A DNA stretch of 64,000 bases from a virus: positions 120,729 through 184,728 of IMG/VR virus record IMGVR_UViG_3300047476_000982; one strand, 5' to 3'. The notes beneath the pieces are model-generated. The model worked only from the letters and a program-made list of their open reading frames with translations. It did no database searches and was not told the DNA's origin. The translations under genes were made by a program, and so were the position numbers. The first letter of the stretch is position 1; each line of letters begins with the position of its first letter. This document shows, in pieces, positions 36,765 to 45,969 of the stretch.

Positions 36765-37240
36765 AGTACGGTTTCAATTACGTTTATAATAGTTTTCTTG
36801 AGGGCAGAACGAGCTGATGCTTGGTTAAAACCACCTCCTTCATCTATTATCATCGTAGAAGTAGAGATTTCAGAAGATTTACCTGTTCCTAAGTATTCCT
36901 TAATTTTCTTTCCACCTTTGGTTAAAACTCCCTTAATCCTAATAATGGTCTCGTTGTCATTTTTATGAAACACACTAACACCAGCACTAGTTTGCAAAAC
37001 ATCAAAATAAACAACTTCAAAACTAATTTTATAAGTAGAATCATTTTTTCCTACTATAGAATAACCTTTATCCATTATAGCTTCTTCCGCTATATTTTTT
37101 ACACCTAAAACTAAATTTTTATTTCCTGCTAAAGGACCTATCTTAATATTATTAGATACGTCTCCAACATAAATCTTAACATCTTGAGAAAAAGAGACTG
37201 CGCTCAAAAGTAAGCACAGTCCCAATAAAAAGTTCTTCAA
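36761..37240 (-). CDS. secreted protein, possible CsgG-like/accessory partner
   Basis: Signal peptide; FNQASARSALKK echoes the CsgG-like FNQSTVSIATKK. Confidence 0.5.
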   Translation of the reverse strand: MKNFLLGLCLLLSAVSFSQDVKIYVGDVSNNIKIGPLAGNKNLVLGVKNIAEEAIMDKGYSIVGKNDSTYKISFEVVYFDVLQTSAGVSVFHKNDNETIIRIKGVLTKGGKKIKEYLGTGKSSEISTSTMIIDEGGGFNQASARSALKKTIINVIETVL

Positions 37241-37252
37241 TCGTCAAATGGT

Positions 37253-37513
37253 TTAGTGAGCTAAACTATCAACAACAATTACTGTGGTGTCTATTTGATT
37301 AACAACTGTGTCAACTACTTCTGTGCTATCAGGAAATGCTGCAGATATTTGATCAATAATAAGATCGAACTTTACTGCATCTTCACTAATATAGCCTTTC
37401 TGAACTGCAAATATTACAGCAGCAATAGCTACTACAGACAAAATAATAACTTGCTTCTTTTTACCTTTTAACTTAGCTACTAAAGGAATGAGTTTTGATA
37501 CTACGTTTTTCAT
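37253..37513 (-). CDS. single-TM membrane protein
   Basis: Hydrophobic segment and V/D/T-rich tail. Confidence 0.55.
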   Translation of the reverse strand: MKNVVSKLIPLVAKLKGKKKQVIILSVVAIAAVIFAVQKGYISEDAVKFDLIIDQISAAFPDSTEVVDTVVNQIDTTVIVVDSLAH

Positions 37514-37637
37514 TAATTGTTTTTTAAATGGTTTTCTATATTTTTTATAACCTTTATATTTTCATCAATTAATTTACGATCTTTAAGGCCATTCCTTCTC
37601 GACTTCATTGGTCTTGGTTTTGGTGATTTTTTTGCCA

Positions 37638-37916
37638 TTACAATACCTCCTCTACTGGTTCTTCTTCTTTAGCTCCAGCTTTTTTATTCACAAACTTATC
37701 TACAGATGCTATACCAAAACATCCTAATACTAACCACATAAATGCATCAAATATAAAATCATTGATTACTAATGGTTTACCTAAATAACCTGTTATGATA
37801 TCTGCTATTGCAAATCCTACCATCATTAAAAAGGCTAGAAAGCCTACTACAGACTTTTCATTAATATCGTTGTTATCTTTAAACAACTCTTTTAAAAAAG
37901 ATTTTTTCGATTTCAC
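37638..37916 (-). CDS. 2-TM holin-like protein
   Basis: Two TMs, charged C-terminus, next to the endolysin. Confidence 0.55.
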   Translation of the reverse strand: MKSKKSFLKELFKDNNDINEKSVVGFLAFLMMVGFAIADIITGYLGKPLVINDFIFDAFMWLVLGCFGIASVDKFVNKKAGAKEEEPVEEVL

Positions 37917-37963
37917 TTGTTATACTTTTAATTTAATAAATGTACAACCATTATGAAACTGAA

Positions 37964-38563
37964 CTACTTCAATAAGTTATAGTACTCTTTGAAATGTTTG
38001 ATTCTGTCAGGAAGACCTATGGTACCACCATTTACTCTTTTGGTAACTGAAGTAACTACAGCATCTGTAGCACCTTGGTCTGCGATTTTATGAAGACCGT
38101 TCTTATGAAAAAACCATGCAGCAGATAATAGAGGATATTTAGTAGCAACTAAATCTGGATTATCTATAATTGATTCTACAACTACTGCATCAAATGCTTT
38201 GTAGTTATCTTTACCAGTTAATTGAATATAGCCACGACCACGGAATTTCCAACCTTCACCAGAAGCTTCAGGGCCATTACCCATTCTAGCTCCATAAACT
38301 AGGTTAGCAATTTTTTCCGGTTTACGCTCGTATAATTTAGCTTTCTCTTCTGTTGGGAAATATTTCTTAAATATACCCAATAAACCTTTTGCTCCGTAGT
38401 TTAAATTTTCGTTAACTGCTTTAAAGCCGCCTGATTCATGGCCTGCTTGAGCAAGAAAATGTGCTAGACGAAGTGGAGTATTTAATTCAAATTTAGCAAT
38501 TGTGTCAGGTAGCTGTGTAATAACAGCATCAGGGATGTGACCCTTTAACTTGTTTATATCCAT
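37964..38563 (-). CDS. GH19 chitinase-like endolysin
   Basis: RLAHFLAQAGHESGG..ENLNY, GWKFRGRGYIQLTGKDNY, VTKRVNGG..GL.DR. Confidence 0.9.
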   Translation of the reverse strand: MDINKLKGHIPDAVITQLPDTIAKFELNTPLRLAHFLAQAGHESGGFKAVNENLNYGAKGLLGIFKKYFPTEEKAKLYERKPEKIANLVYGARMGNGPEASGEGWKFRGRGYIQLTGKDNYKAFDAVVVESIIDNPDLVATKYPLLSAAWFFHKNGLHKIADQGATDAVVTSVTKRVNGGTIGLPDRIKHFKEYYNLLK

Positions 38564-38770
38564 AGTTTATAAATAATTTACTTAATTTATTTACAACCTG
38601 GTTTCAAAACAATTAAGAAAGTATATTGACTATTTTATTTACTAAATCTTTTCTTCCTAAAAATTCTAAGATTGCTAAAGTTCCACCTAATGCTAGGGCA
38701 GATAATTGAACTACAATTATACTTTTTAAAGCAAACTCTATTATTCGGTTTTTCATAACATTTATAAATA

Positions 38771-39028
38771 TCATCTAAATTGACTCAAAACTCTAGAAAG
38801 TTGATCTTTTGGCATAACTCCTGAGTTTCTGTAAGCTACTTGACCTTGCCCATCTAATATGATTAAAGTTGGTACAGAAGTTACAGAATACCTCTCTGCA
38901 TAAGATGCATCATAGTCTACATTAATATAATTTATATTGATTCCTAATTCTCCAGATACTGTTTCTACAACTGGTTTAAACATCTTACATGGTCCACACC
39001 AAGGGGCAGTGAAATACAAAACTTGCAT
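38771..39028 (-). CDS. trxA: thioredoxin
   Basis: WCGPC; VTSVPTL. Confidence 0.92.
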   Translation of the reverse strand: MQVLYFTAPWCGPCKMFKPVVETVSGELGININYINVDYDASYAERYSVTSVPTLIILDGQGQVAYRNSGVMPKDQLSRVLSQFR

Positions 39029-39029
39029 A

Positions 39030-39674
39030 TTAATCTATTTTAAATTTAAAGTTAGTTAATTTTTCTACTTCTTTTATGTCTACTTTATTATTTTCTATTC
39101 CATCAGCTTTAGACTGATCATTTTCAAATATATAAGCTTGCCATTCATTTTTACTTTTTATATAAATAACTTTCCAACACTTATCAGGAACAGACACTTT
39201 ACCTATCTTTCTTTTTTCTCCTACTGATCCTGTCCATACTTTAACTGAGTCTAAAGATTTTGCTAATTCTCTAGTTCTCATTTCTAAAGTTTTCCAATCT
39301 CCTCTATTTAATTGCCCATATTGTGGAGCCATATTAGAAAAGTAAAATGACTCTATCATAGCATCTTGACCTGAACATTGATTATCGGCTGCTGGAGCCA
39401 TGTGGCCGCGATCATATCCTGATCCAATATAATCACTAGCTAAGTCAGTATATGCAAAAAGAAGTGGGTCTGGTGCGAATCTATCTTGTCTTGGTATTAG
39501 TTTAAGACATGACACCTTTTCTTTTGTTACCCACCATTCAACTAATACAGGATACTTTAATGATTTTGAAAACACACTAGTATACTGTTTATGAACCAAT
39601 CTCACTGTATCTTGCGACTTTAACGATGCATTAAGAAAAAGAACTAACGCTGCGGATAATAATGTTCTAAACAT
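39030..39674 (-). CDS. secreted DNA/RNA non-specific endonuclease (NucA/EndoG family)
   Basis: Signal peptide; GYDRGHMAP, FYFSNMAPQ...LNRGDW..LE. Confidence 0.92.
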   Translation of the reverse strand: MFRTLLSAALVLFLNASLKSQDTVRLVHKQYTSVFSKSLKYPVLVEWWVTKEKVSCLKLIPRQDRFAPDPLLFAYTDLASDYIGSGYDRGHMAPAADNQCSGQDAMIESFYFSNMAPQYGQLNRGDWKTLEMRTRELAKSLDSVKVWTGSVGEKRKIGKVSVPDKCWKVIYIKSKNEWQAYIFENDQSKADGIENNKVDIKEVEKLTNFKFKID

Positions 39675-39844
39675 TCTTTATTATAAATATCTTTTGTCCT
39701 AATATACCTTTTAGGTTTAAAAGTATAAGTTTGTTTAGGTTTATTTTTCTTTTCCCATTCTGCATATTGATCTTCTTTAAGCCAATGATCAGTTTGCTTT
39801 CTCATTATTTTAAGTAAGAAGTCTCGTCTTTGTTCGTATGTCAT
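39644..39844 (-). CDS. hypothetical basic protein
   Basis: ORF track; TATATTTG upstream. Confidence 0.5.
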   Translation of the reverse strand: MTYEQRRDFLLKIMRKQTDHWLKEDQYAEWEKKNKPKQTYTFKPKRYIRTKDIYNKECLEHYYPQR

Positions 39845-39857
39845 ATAACAAATATAA

Positions 39858-39884
39858 AAAAAGCTCCTGATAAGGAGCTATTTT
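39858..39884. terminator. rho-independent terminator
   Basis: aaaaaaagctcc-tgataa-ggagctattttt. Confidence 0.7.
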
Positions 39885-39887
39885 TGT

Positions 39888-40157
39888 TTATAGTGAGGAA
39901 TTGTTTTTTTCGTGATCTAATCTACCTACTTCTTGATAAGCGTCCCAAAGTTGTCCTAGTGCATACTCTAATTTAAATTGTAGGTCTTTATATTCTTCTG
40001 CTACTGGATGTTCTATGCAGTGTTCTTGTATATTACACATAATAATGTGTAGGCGATCCATTAATTCTAAATAGTGGCCAGGGGTTAAATCAGGCTTATT
40101 TAAATTAGGTGGATTCATCCAAAATTCTTTATTCATTATAGGACCATCTGTTTGCAT
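39888..40157 (-). CDS. hypothetical protein (start uncertain)
   Basis: ORF track trimmed to lie behind the TATATTTG at 40183. Confidence 0.5.
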   Translation of the reverse strand: MQTDGPIMNKEFWMNPPNLNKPDLTPGHYLELMDRLHIIMCNIQEHCIEHPVAEEYKDLQFKLEYALGQLWDAYQEVGRLDHEKNNSSL

Positions 40158-40259
40158 TTTAAGTTTTTTTACTTTCATATAACAAATATAAACACATTTT
40201 CTTATCGTATAAAAAAAAGCTTTATAGTAAAACAAGTATTTCTGGATATTTATTTATAT

Positions 40260-40508
40260 ATGATCTTAGTAGAAGAAATACCTTGGCTGCACTTTGTAAA
40301 ACTAAATCACATTAGCAAATTGCCTTTAAATGAACAGGTTAGTGCTTATAGACAACATCTTTGTGACATTGAGCAAATAAGAGCTTGCGGAGGAAAATCA
40401 ACTAGAAAAGCTATAGTACTTGAAGGATTTCTTCAACAAGAAGATCTATTTTATATCTTACAAGAAGATGGATCAAAAATTTACGTAACAGTAGAAAAAA
40501 ATATATAA
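40260..40508 (+). CDS. small virion-type protein with LQEDGxxI motif (start MILVEEI)
   Basis: FLQQEDLFYILQEDGSKIYV; ATATTTAT at 40246. Confidence 0.55.
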   Translation: MILVEEIPWLHFVKLNHISKLPLNEQVSAYRQHLCDIEQIRACGGKSTRKAIVLEGFLQQEDLFYILQEDGSKIYVTVEKNI

Positions 40509-40509
40509 A

Positions 40510-41151
40510 ATGCCAGATTTACCAATATCAGGATTACCAGCAGCAAGCTTACCTTTAGATGGAACAGAATTATTTGCGACAGTTCAAGGAGGAATAACTA
40601 AATATTCAACACTAAACTCTGTAAACTACATTCCTGGTAATAGTTATGGATTATTTGCTCAGACATCAAATAGTGCTATTATAACTGCTACAACAGCAGA
40701 ATTATCTTTAATTAATGGTGGAGTAGGTACACTAACTGTTCCTGCAAATGGATTTAGAATTGGTGATAGTTTTAGAGCAGATTTTGGTGGCCAGCTTTCT
40801 TCTAAAAATAATGATACTATAAGAATTAAAGTTAAAGCAGGTAGCGTAATTTTAGCAGATAGTGGAACACAGGTTATGTCAACAGCAGTTGCTGATATTT
40901 GGCAGTTTTCTATAAATTTTACAATTAGAGCATTAGGAGTAGCAGGAGTAGCAGATACTGTTTCTCTTGGTGTATTTCATACTACAAAACAATCTAATGG
41001 AGCACCTCAAGGATTTGCCTTTAATACTGTTAATAATACAACATTTGATACTACGATATCAAATACTTTAGATGTTACTGCTCAATTTAGTTCAAATAGT
41101 CCTTTAAATTCAATATATACGGACATATTTGTATTGAATAAAATCTATTAA
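40510..41151 (+). CDS. tail-fibre/virion decoration-like beta protein
   Basis: N-terminal ISGLPAASLPLDGTE...VQGGIT motif typical of fibre anchors; G/T/N-rich. Confidence 0.55.
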   Translation: MPDLPISGLPAASLPLDGTELFATVQGGITKYSTLNSVNYIPGNSYGLFAQTSNSAIITATTAELSLINGGVGTLTVPANGFRIGDSFRADFGGQLSSKNNDTIRIKVKAGSVILADSGTQVMSTAVADIWQFSINFTIRALGVAGVADTVSLGVFHTTKQSNGAPQGFAFNTVNNTTFDTTISNTLDVTAQFSSNSPLNSIYTDIFVLNKIY

Positions 41152-42191
41152 TTGCTTAATGCAGCTTTGATTTTTGGATGAGATTGATAATCTATTAATT
41201 CAAAACAATCTGGTCTGTAACTTAATATTTTTTCGCTAAATGTTTTTTCTCCAAGATATTCTTTAACTGCTTCATGCATATACCAATTCCTTTCAGTTAT
41301 TTTAACTTTAGGTAATTCATATGGAGTTCTAGTTATTTGCTCTTTAGCTTGTTCAATATGGTTATTATACAAATGAACGTCACCTAAATTACCAATCAAA
41401 TCTTCAGGCACCATGTTTACTTCTTTAGCAATAATCTCAAGTAGTAGTGCATATGAAGCAATATTGAATGGTAGACCAAGGAATGTATCTACTGAACGTT
41501 GATTCCACATCAGAGATATGGCTCTTGAAGGAGCATAGTCTAATGGATCAATATTTTTTATGTATCCTCTTTTTTCGTATTCTTCAACTCTTTCTTTTAT
41601 ACTTAATTCTCTAGTATAAACTTGAAAACCATAATGACAAGGTGGAAGTACCATTTGATTTAACTCACTTACATTCCATGCACTAACCATTAATCTTCTA
41701 CTATTAGGATTTGTTTTGAGTTCACTAATTAGATTTTGTATTTGATCTATACCACCTTTATTAATTTCATTAGGTACATTTAACCAATTTCTCCATTGAG
41801 CACCATAAATCGGACCTAAATCACCGTATTTTTCACAGAAGTCTTTATTATTTTTTATTTCATCAATAAACCATTCTTTTGATGGAACTTCTTCATATCC
41901 TGCAAATTTATTTGTGTAATTTTTATATGCGTCTCCATCCCAAATATGACAATCGTAATCTAATAAGAATTTGATATTTGTATCACCTCTTAGGAACCAC
42001 AACAATTCTGTTACCATAGTTTTCCACGCCATCTTTTTTGTAGTTAGCAATGGAAAGCCTTCTTTCATGTTGTGTCTAATTTGCCAACCGAAGATTGATT
42101 TAGTGCCTGTTCCAGTACGATCTTTTTTATCTACACCAAAATGTAGAATGTGTTCTAATATTTCTTTATATTGACGATCAATATTATTCAT
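41148..42191 (-). CDS. thyA: thymidylate synthase (canonical, dUMP-type)
   Basis: DRTGTGT, FPLLTTKK, LPPCH, QRSVDTFLGLPFNIASY (Asn), DVHLY. Confidence 0.97.
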   Translation of the reverse strand: MNNIDRQYKEILEHILHFGVDKKDRTGTGTKSIFGWQIRHNMKEGFPLLTTKKMAWKTMVTELLWFLRGDTNIKFLLDYDCHIWDGDAYKNYTNKFAGYEEVPSKEWFIDEIKNNKDFCEKYGDLGPIYGAQWRNWLNVPNEINKGGIDQIQNLISELKTNPNSRRLMVSAWNVSELNQMVLPPCHYGFQVYTRELSIKERVEEYEKRGYIKNIDPLDYAPSRAISLMWNQRSVDTFLGLPFNIASYALLLEIIAKEVNMVPEDLIGNLGDVHLYNNHIEQAKEQITRTPYELPKVKITERNWYMHEAVKEYLGEKTFSEKILSYRPDCFELIDYQSHPKIKAALSN

Positions 42192-42484
42192 TATTCAGTC
42201 ATTGATAGATGTTTATTAAATTCAGATGCTGCAGCATAGTTTTCGCTTTCTAACATTTCAAGAGCGATTCTATATCTATTAACCTCTGTATCTACAATAA
42301 ACAATTCACTTTTAATACTATCAGCAAAATTTTCTGCTTGTATTACTCTAATCTGTAAACTATCACAAATTAACTGGGATTGTTCTAGATTTTTAATTTT
42401 AATTGAATCTGAATATTTTTGACCTAGTAGTATTCCAACTACAAACATCAATACAATAGTTAAAACCTTTATCATATTTAATTG
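42191..42484 (-). CDS. single-TM coiled-coil protein (start uncertain)
   Basis: ORF track 42191..42535; MIKVLTIVLMFVVGILLG TM. Confidence 0.5.
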   Translation of the reverse strand, partial: QLNMIKVLTIVLMFVVGILLGQKYSDSIKIKNLEQSQLICDSLQIRVIQAENFADSIKSELFIVDTEVNRYRIALEMLESENYAAASEFNKHLSMTE

Positions 42485-42485
42485 T

Positions 42486-42677
42486 TTAATATATTTCTTC
42501 ATATAGATTTTCATCATAGACTTCTCTACCAGCAACTCTATTTATTCTTTCTGTCTCATCTAAAAAGTCTTCTCCTTTGTAATTAGGGTGGTTTTTCTTC
42601 ATATAGTCTATACCTCCTACCCAGAGCCAGACAAGCGCTGCTAGTATAGTAAAGGCAATTGCATAAATTATAAACAT
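42486..42677 (-). CDS. small membrane protein
   Basis: N-terminal TM. Confidence 0.55.
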   Translation of the reverse strand: MFIIYAIAFTILAALVWLWVGGIDYMKKNHPNYKGEDFLDETERINRVAGREVYDENLYEEIY

Positions 42678-42688
42678 AGTATATTATT

Positions 42689-43264
42689 TTAGTCCCACCA
42701 GGTTCTGAGATCTGACCCATCCCAATCTTTGTACTCTTTGTACTTTTTCCCATGGATGATCTCGCAAAACTCTTTCCACTCTTTTTGCTCTAACCTATGC
42801 GCTTCTTTATATACTTTTCTTTGATGTTCTTTCTCTTCTGGAGTATCATCGTCGGCTAGCATATAAAACTCTTCATTCTCTGTCTGTATAAATCTGAGTG
42901 GTTTATAATTAATTTGTCCATGAATTTCTTCTGCCATCATGATATAGTTTGAATCAACTATGTTATCAATAATTTGACAGAGCCTCCTCATTTTTGCCAC
43001 CTTCTTATCACTGGACTCTTTAACTTCATAACCTTTTGCTTCCATTCCGTCAGCCTGTATTTGTATAGACTTTCTCAACATCATCAAAGTAAAGCTATGA
43101 TCCCACCATCTATGAGACCACAACTCACGGCGAAACCTCCATACGTTCTTAAAGAACTCAGGAAGTTGTTTCACTATGGTATCATAAGTCCTATAAATAA
43201 GACTAGACTCCCACGTTAACCTCTTCAGACTTTGAAAAAAGGAATTTTTTGCTTTGACTTCCAT
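42689..43264 (-). CDS. hypothetical protein
   Basis: ORF track. Confidence 0.7.
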   Translation of the reverse strand: MEVKAKNSFFQSLKRLTWESSLIYRTYDTIVKQLPEFFKNVWRFRRELWSHRWWDHSFTLMMLRKSIQIQADGMEAKGYEVKESSDKKVAKMRRLCQIIDNIVDSNYIMMAEEIHGQINYKPLRFIQTENEEFYMLADDDTPEEKEHQRKVYKEAHRLEQKEWKEFCEIIHGKKYKEYKDWDGSDLRTWWD

Positions 43265-43311
43265 AACCTTTCTTTTGATAAATATACAAAAAATAAAATA
43301 GACAAAAAAGT

Positions 43312-43770
43312 TTATAACTTTAGTAGTGGAATATCTTTTTTGGTATGAAGTATGTGTCTTGGTTGGCCTGATTTTGTAAGACCTATAGTATAAGCTTTCT
43401 TCTTTATAGTAGGGAATATCTCTTCTACTCTTTTCTTTTCTGCATTATTTCCCCAAATACAAAGTATTTTTTTACAAGCATTTTTCATATTCTCAATCCA
43501 AATATCATTATCTGATCCTACTGGATCATTTACTCCTTTTAGGTCTTTTGGGTTGGGTGTTATATAACCGTATAGATTGGTCACAACTATACTATCAAAA
43601 CCTTCTCTTAAGGCAATATCCATCAATATAGAAACAGTACTGTTCTTACCATTCTTTATATGAGAAGGATTCAAACCTAAAACACCCATTGGATTGTACG
43701 CAGTTCCTGAATCAAATATACTAAGATACTGATACTTTTGGCATGGGCTTACGATTCTCAGAATGTTCAC
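43312..43770 (-). CDS. DUF1643 family protein
   Basis: VLGLNPS, VTNLY..ITPNPKDL, DPVGSDND, IWGNN, GLTKSGQPRH. Confidence 0.8.
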   Translation of the reverse strand: MNILRIVSPCQKYQYLSIFDSGTAYNPMGVLGLNPSHIKNGKNSTVSILMDIALREGFDSIVVTNLYGYITPNPKDLKGVNDPVGSDNDIWIENMKNACKKILCIWGNNAEKKRVEEIFPTIKKKAYTIGLTKSGQPRHILHTKKDIPLLKL

Positions 43771-44218
43771 CTTTTATTTGTTTTATGTGTTGATAAAGTT
43801 CTAATGTTGTGCCTTCAAAAGATTCCATGATAGAGTCTAGTTCTTCTTCAGATATTTTGAACTCTTTCTTGAAGTCTTTCTTCATGTTTTTAACTATTTC
43901 TGTTTCTTCTTTTAGGAAGTCTTCATGAAGCTTTTTGTATCTGGCTCTAAATAAACTGATCTTATCTAATTTCTCTTCATAAGTCTTTAGATACTGAGTA
44001 GCATCTTCAAGTAAATAGTTTTCGTGTTCTGCCTGATAATAGTAGTCAGAAGTTTCATAATCACCATTAAGTATCTTCTCATAAAGAGTACGATAAGGAT
44101 GCAGAGTTTGCCTTTGTTGATAGCGTCTCCACCAAACAAATTGATTGTAAGTTTTTCTTGATAATTGAGAAAGTCTTTCTTCAATGTGCTCTCTCGCCAT
44201 TCTAGTTTCGAATATCAT
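43721..44218 (-). CDS. hypothetical protein
   Basis: ORF track. Confidence 0.65.
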   Translation of the reverse strand: MIFETRMAREHIEERLSQLSRKTYNQFVWWRRYQQRQTLHPYRTLYEKILNGDYETSDYYYQAEHENYLLEDATQYLKTYEEKLDKISLFRARYKKLHEDFLKEETEIVKNMKKDFKKEFKISEEELDSIMESFEGTTLELYQHIKQIKGEHSENRKPMPKVSVS

Positions 44219-44235
44219 AACCTTTATTTTTTTGT

Positions 44236-44883
44236 TTAGTTGAACATATCGTAATGTCTAGGATAAACATGTAGATTTGTAATGAACCAATGCATTTGGC
44301 CTATTGGATATTTTATTTTACGAGAAACGTGTTCCATTAGTTTAGCAAACGTGTATTGGTCGTTACAGAAACCAAACACAAGATCAATGGATCTAGCAAA
44401 GACTGTGAGATGTAGTTTATCGTCTTTGATATAGAAATTAAGTACGTCATTACAAGGAGTATCATATTTATATCTATCTATTTCGTGTAGAATGTAATGT
44501 ACAACAATTGCTCGACGTGTTTCTTTATTTCTTTTTAGTTCGTCGATAACTTTGTTAAGTTGATTGTTATAATTCCAGAAGTATCCATAATTAGAGTTTA
44601 CTTCAGTAGTACCTGGTACCATCATTTGATTCCATATCTTAGCACGTTCACCTATCTCTTTAGCATCTCTATCTCCTTTGAGATACCAATGCCATTCATA
44701 TTCTGCATAATCTTGATTAAACTTACGTCTAGGTGTTGTGATTACTTTATCTACTGGATTATCGATGGTGAAAGAGACGTTGAACTTTGCTTTAGTATTA
44801 GCGAAGTCTTCACCAGTGTCTACAATGTAGTGGAATAAGTTTTCAAATGCACTAGTAGGGGTCGAATAGATTTTATTGTCCAT
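44236..44883 (-). CDS. thymidylate-synthase paralog, predicted dCMP hydroxymethylase/hydroxylase
   Basis: YAEYEWHWY, VNSNYG, DTPC (catalytic Cys), RSIDLVFGFCND with Asp at the ThyA-Asn177 position, NLHVY. Confidence 0.8.
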   Translation of the reverse strand: MDNKIYSTPTSAFENLFHYIVDTGEDFANTKAKFNVSFTIDNPVDKVITTPRRKFNQDYAEYEWHWYLKGDRDAKEIGERAKIWNQMMVPGTTEVNSNYGYFWNYNNQLNKVIDELKRNKETRRAIVVHYILHEIDRYKYDTPCNDVLNFYIKDDKLHLTVFARSIDLVFGFCNDQYTFAKLMEHVSRKIKYPIGQMHWFITNLHVYPRHYDMFN

Positions 44884-45337
44884 GTTGTTCTACTTCTATA
44901 AATTGTGATAAAAAGTCTATGCCTTGTGTATTTCGATATACATTCAAATATACAACTCTTTTTATTCCTGATTGCAAAATAAGTTTAGAGCAGTCTAAAC
45001 AAGGGCTAAGTGTTAAGTACAAAGTAGAACCATCTACAGAGTTGCCTGTTTTTGCTGCTTTAAGAATAGCATTTACTTCTGCATGTATAACATGGGGCAG
45101 AGTGACATCATCTTTCTCACAAGTGTTGTCCATACCTGCAGGAGTGCCATTATATCCAAAAGATATTATATTGCCATCTTTAACTAAAACTGCGCCGACT
45201 TTTGATCGAACGCAGTGTGACAGAGTAGAAGTTTCCTTAGCTATGTTAATAAATACTCTGTCTAGTATTTTTTGCTTAAAGTCCTGTAGAACCGAATCCA
45301 CCTGAACCTCTTTGTGTGTTTCTGTTTGGTAATTCAT
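44873..45337 (-). CDS. dCMP deaminase (start uncertain, see findings)
   Basis: GYNGTP, HAEVNA, LSPCLDC. Confidence 0.92.
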   Translation of the reverse strand: MNYQTETHKEVQVDSVLQDFKQKILDRVFINIAKETSTLSHCVRSKVGAVLVKDGNIISFGYNGTPAGMDNTCEKDDVTLPHVIHAEVNAILKAAKTGNSVDGSTLYLTLSPCLDCSKLILQSGIKRVVYLNVYRNTQGIDFLSQFIEVEQHGQ

Positions 45338-45704
45338 CAACTTCTAATATATCTAGGTAACCAACTGGAATTAAAACGAACTGAACTAACTTTTGTCCTG
45401 TAACAATAGTTTGATCTTTATCAGATGTATTGATCATGTGAAGATGTACTTCTCCTTCATAATCTTCATCTACTACGCAAGCACCTACCGATAGACCTTG
45501 CTTAACAGCTACACCTGATTTATTAAATGCTACTAGAGCATAGCCTCTTGGAACTTGTACTCTAACACCTGATGGGATCAATACTGATTCACCTGGCTTT
45601 AGTATCGTAGTTTCAAAATCCTCAGGTACATAAAAATCAATTCCTGCTGATGCTTCTGTGCCCCTATTTGGGGTCTTTACGTTTCGTAACTTTTCTATCT
45701 TCAT
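45276..45704 (-). CDS. dut: trimeric dUTPase
   Basis: SAGIDF, KSG, VVDEDYEGE, RGSGGFGSTG. Confidence 0.93.
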   Translation of the reverse strand: MKIEKLRNVKTPNRGTEASAGIDFYVPEDFETTILKPGESVLIPSGVRVQVPRGYALVAFNKSGVAVKQGLSVGACVVDEDYEGEVHLHMINTSDKDQTIVTGQKLVQFVLIPVGYLDILEVDELPNRNTQRGSGGFGSTGL

Positions 45705-45969
45705 TTTGAACATTGTTTTGATAATCATTTAGTGAAGCAATATACGCAACACAATCTAATAAATTGTCTTCTTTGTGGTTATAAGCTTGTCTTGATAACT
45801 TTAATGCAATCATACAATTGTACATATCGACTGCAGTTAGTTCTTTACGACTTAATAACGATGCAATTTTGGCTGCCTCTTGCATACCTTCTTGCATTGG
45901 CCCATATTGACGGGCTTTTTCTTCAGATCTCTTGTAGATGATCTCGTTTGCTTGTTCTAGTATATTCAT
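45664..45969 (-). CDS. DUF6378-like (dNTP diphosphohydrolase-related) protein
   Basis: RSEEKARQYG, MIALKLSR...HKEDNLLDCVAY. Confidence 0.7.
   Translation of the reverse strand: MNILEQANEIIYKRSEEKARQYGPMQEGMQEAAKIASLLSRKELTAVDMYNCMIALKLSRQAYNHKEDNLLDCVAYIASLNDYQNNVQNEDRKVTKRKDPK

Noticed and set aside
37513-37638. 41-aa basic ORF as a ribosomal-protein mimic
   Set aside because: Probably a real small ORF, but no recognisable match to a ribosomal protein family.
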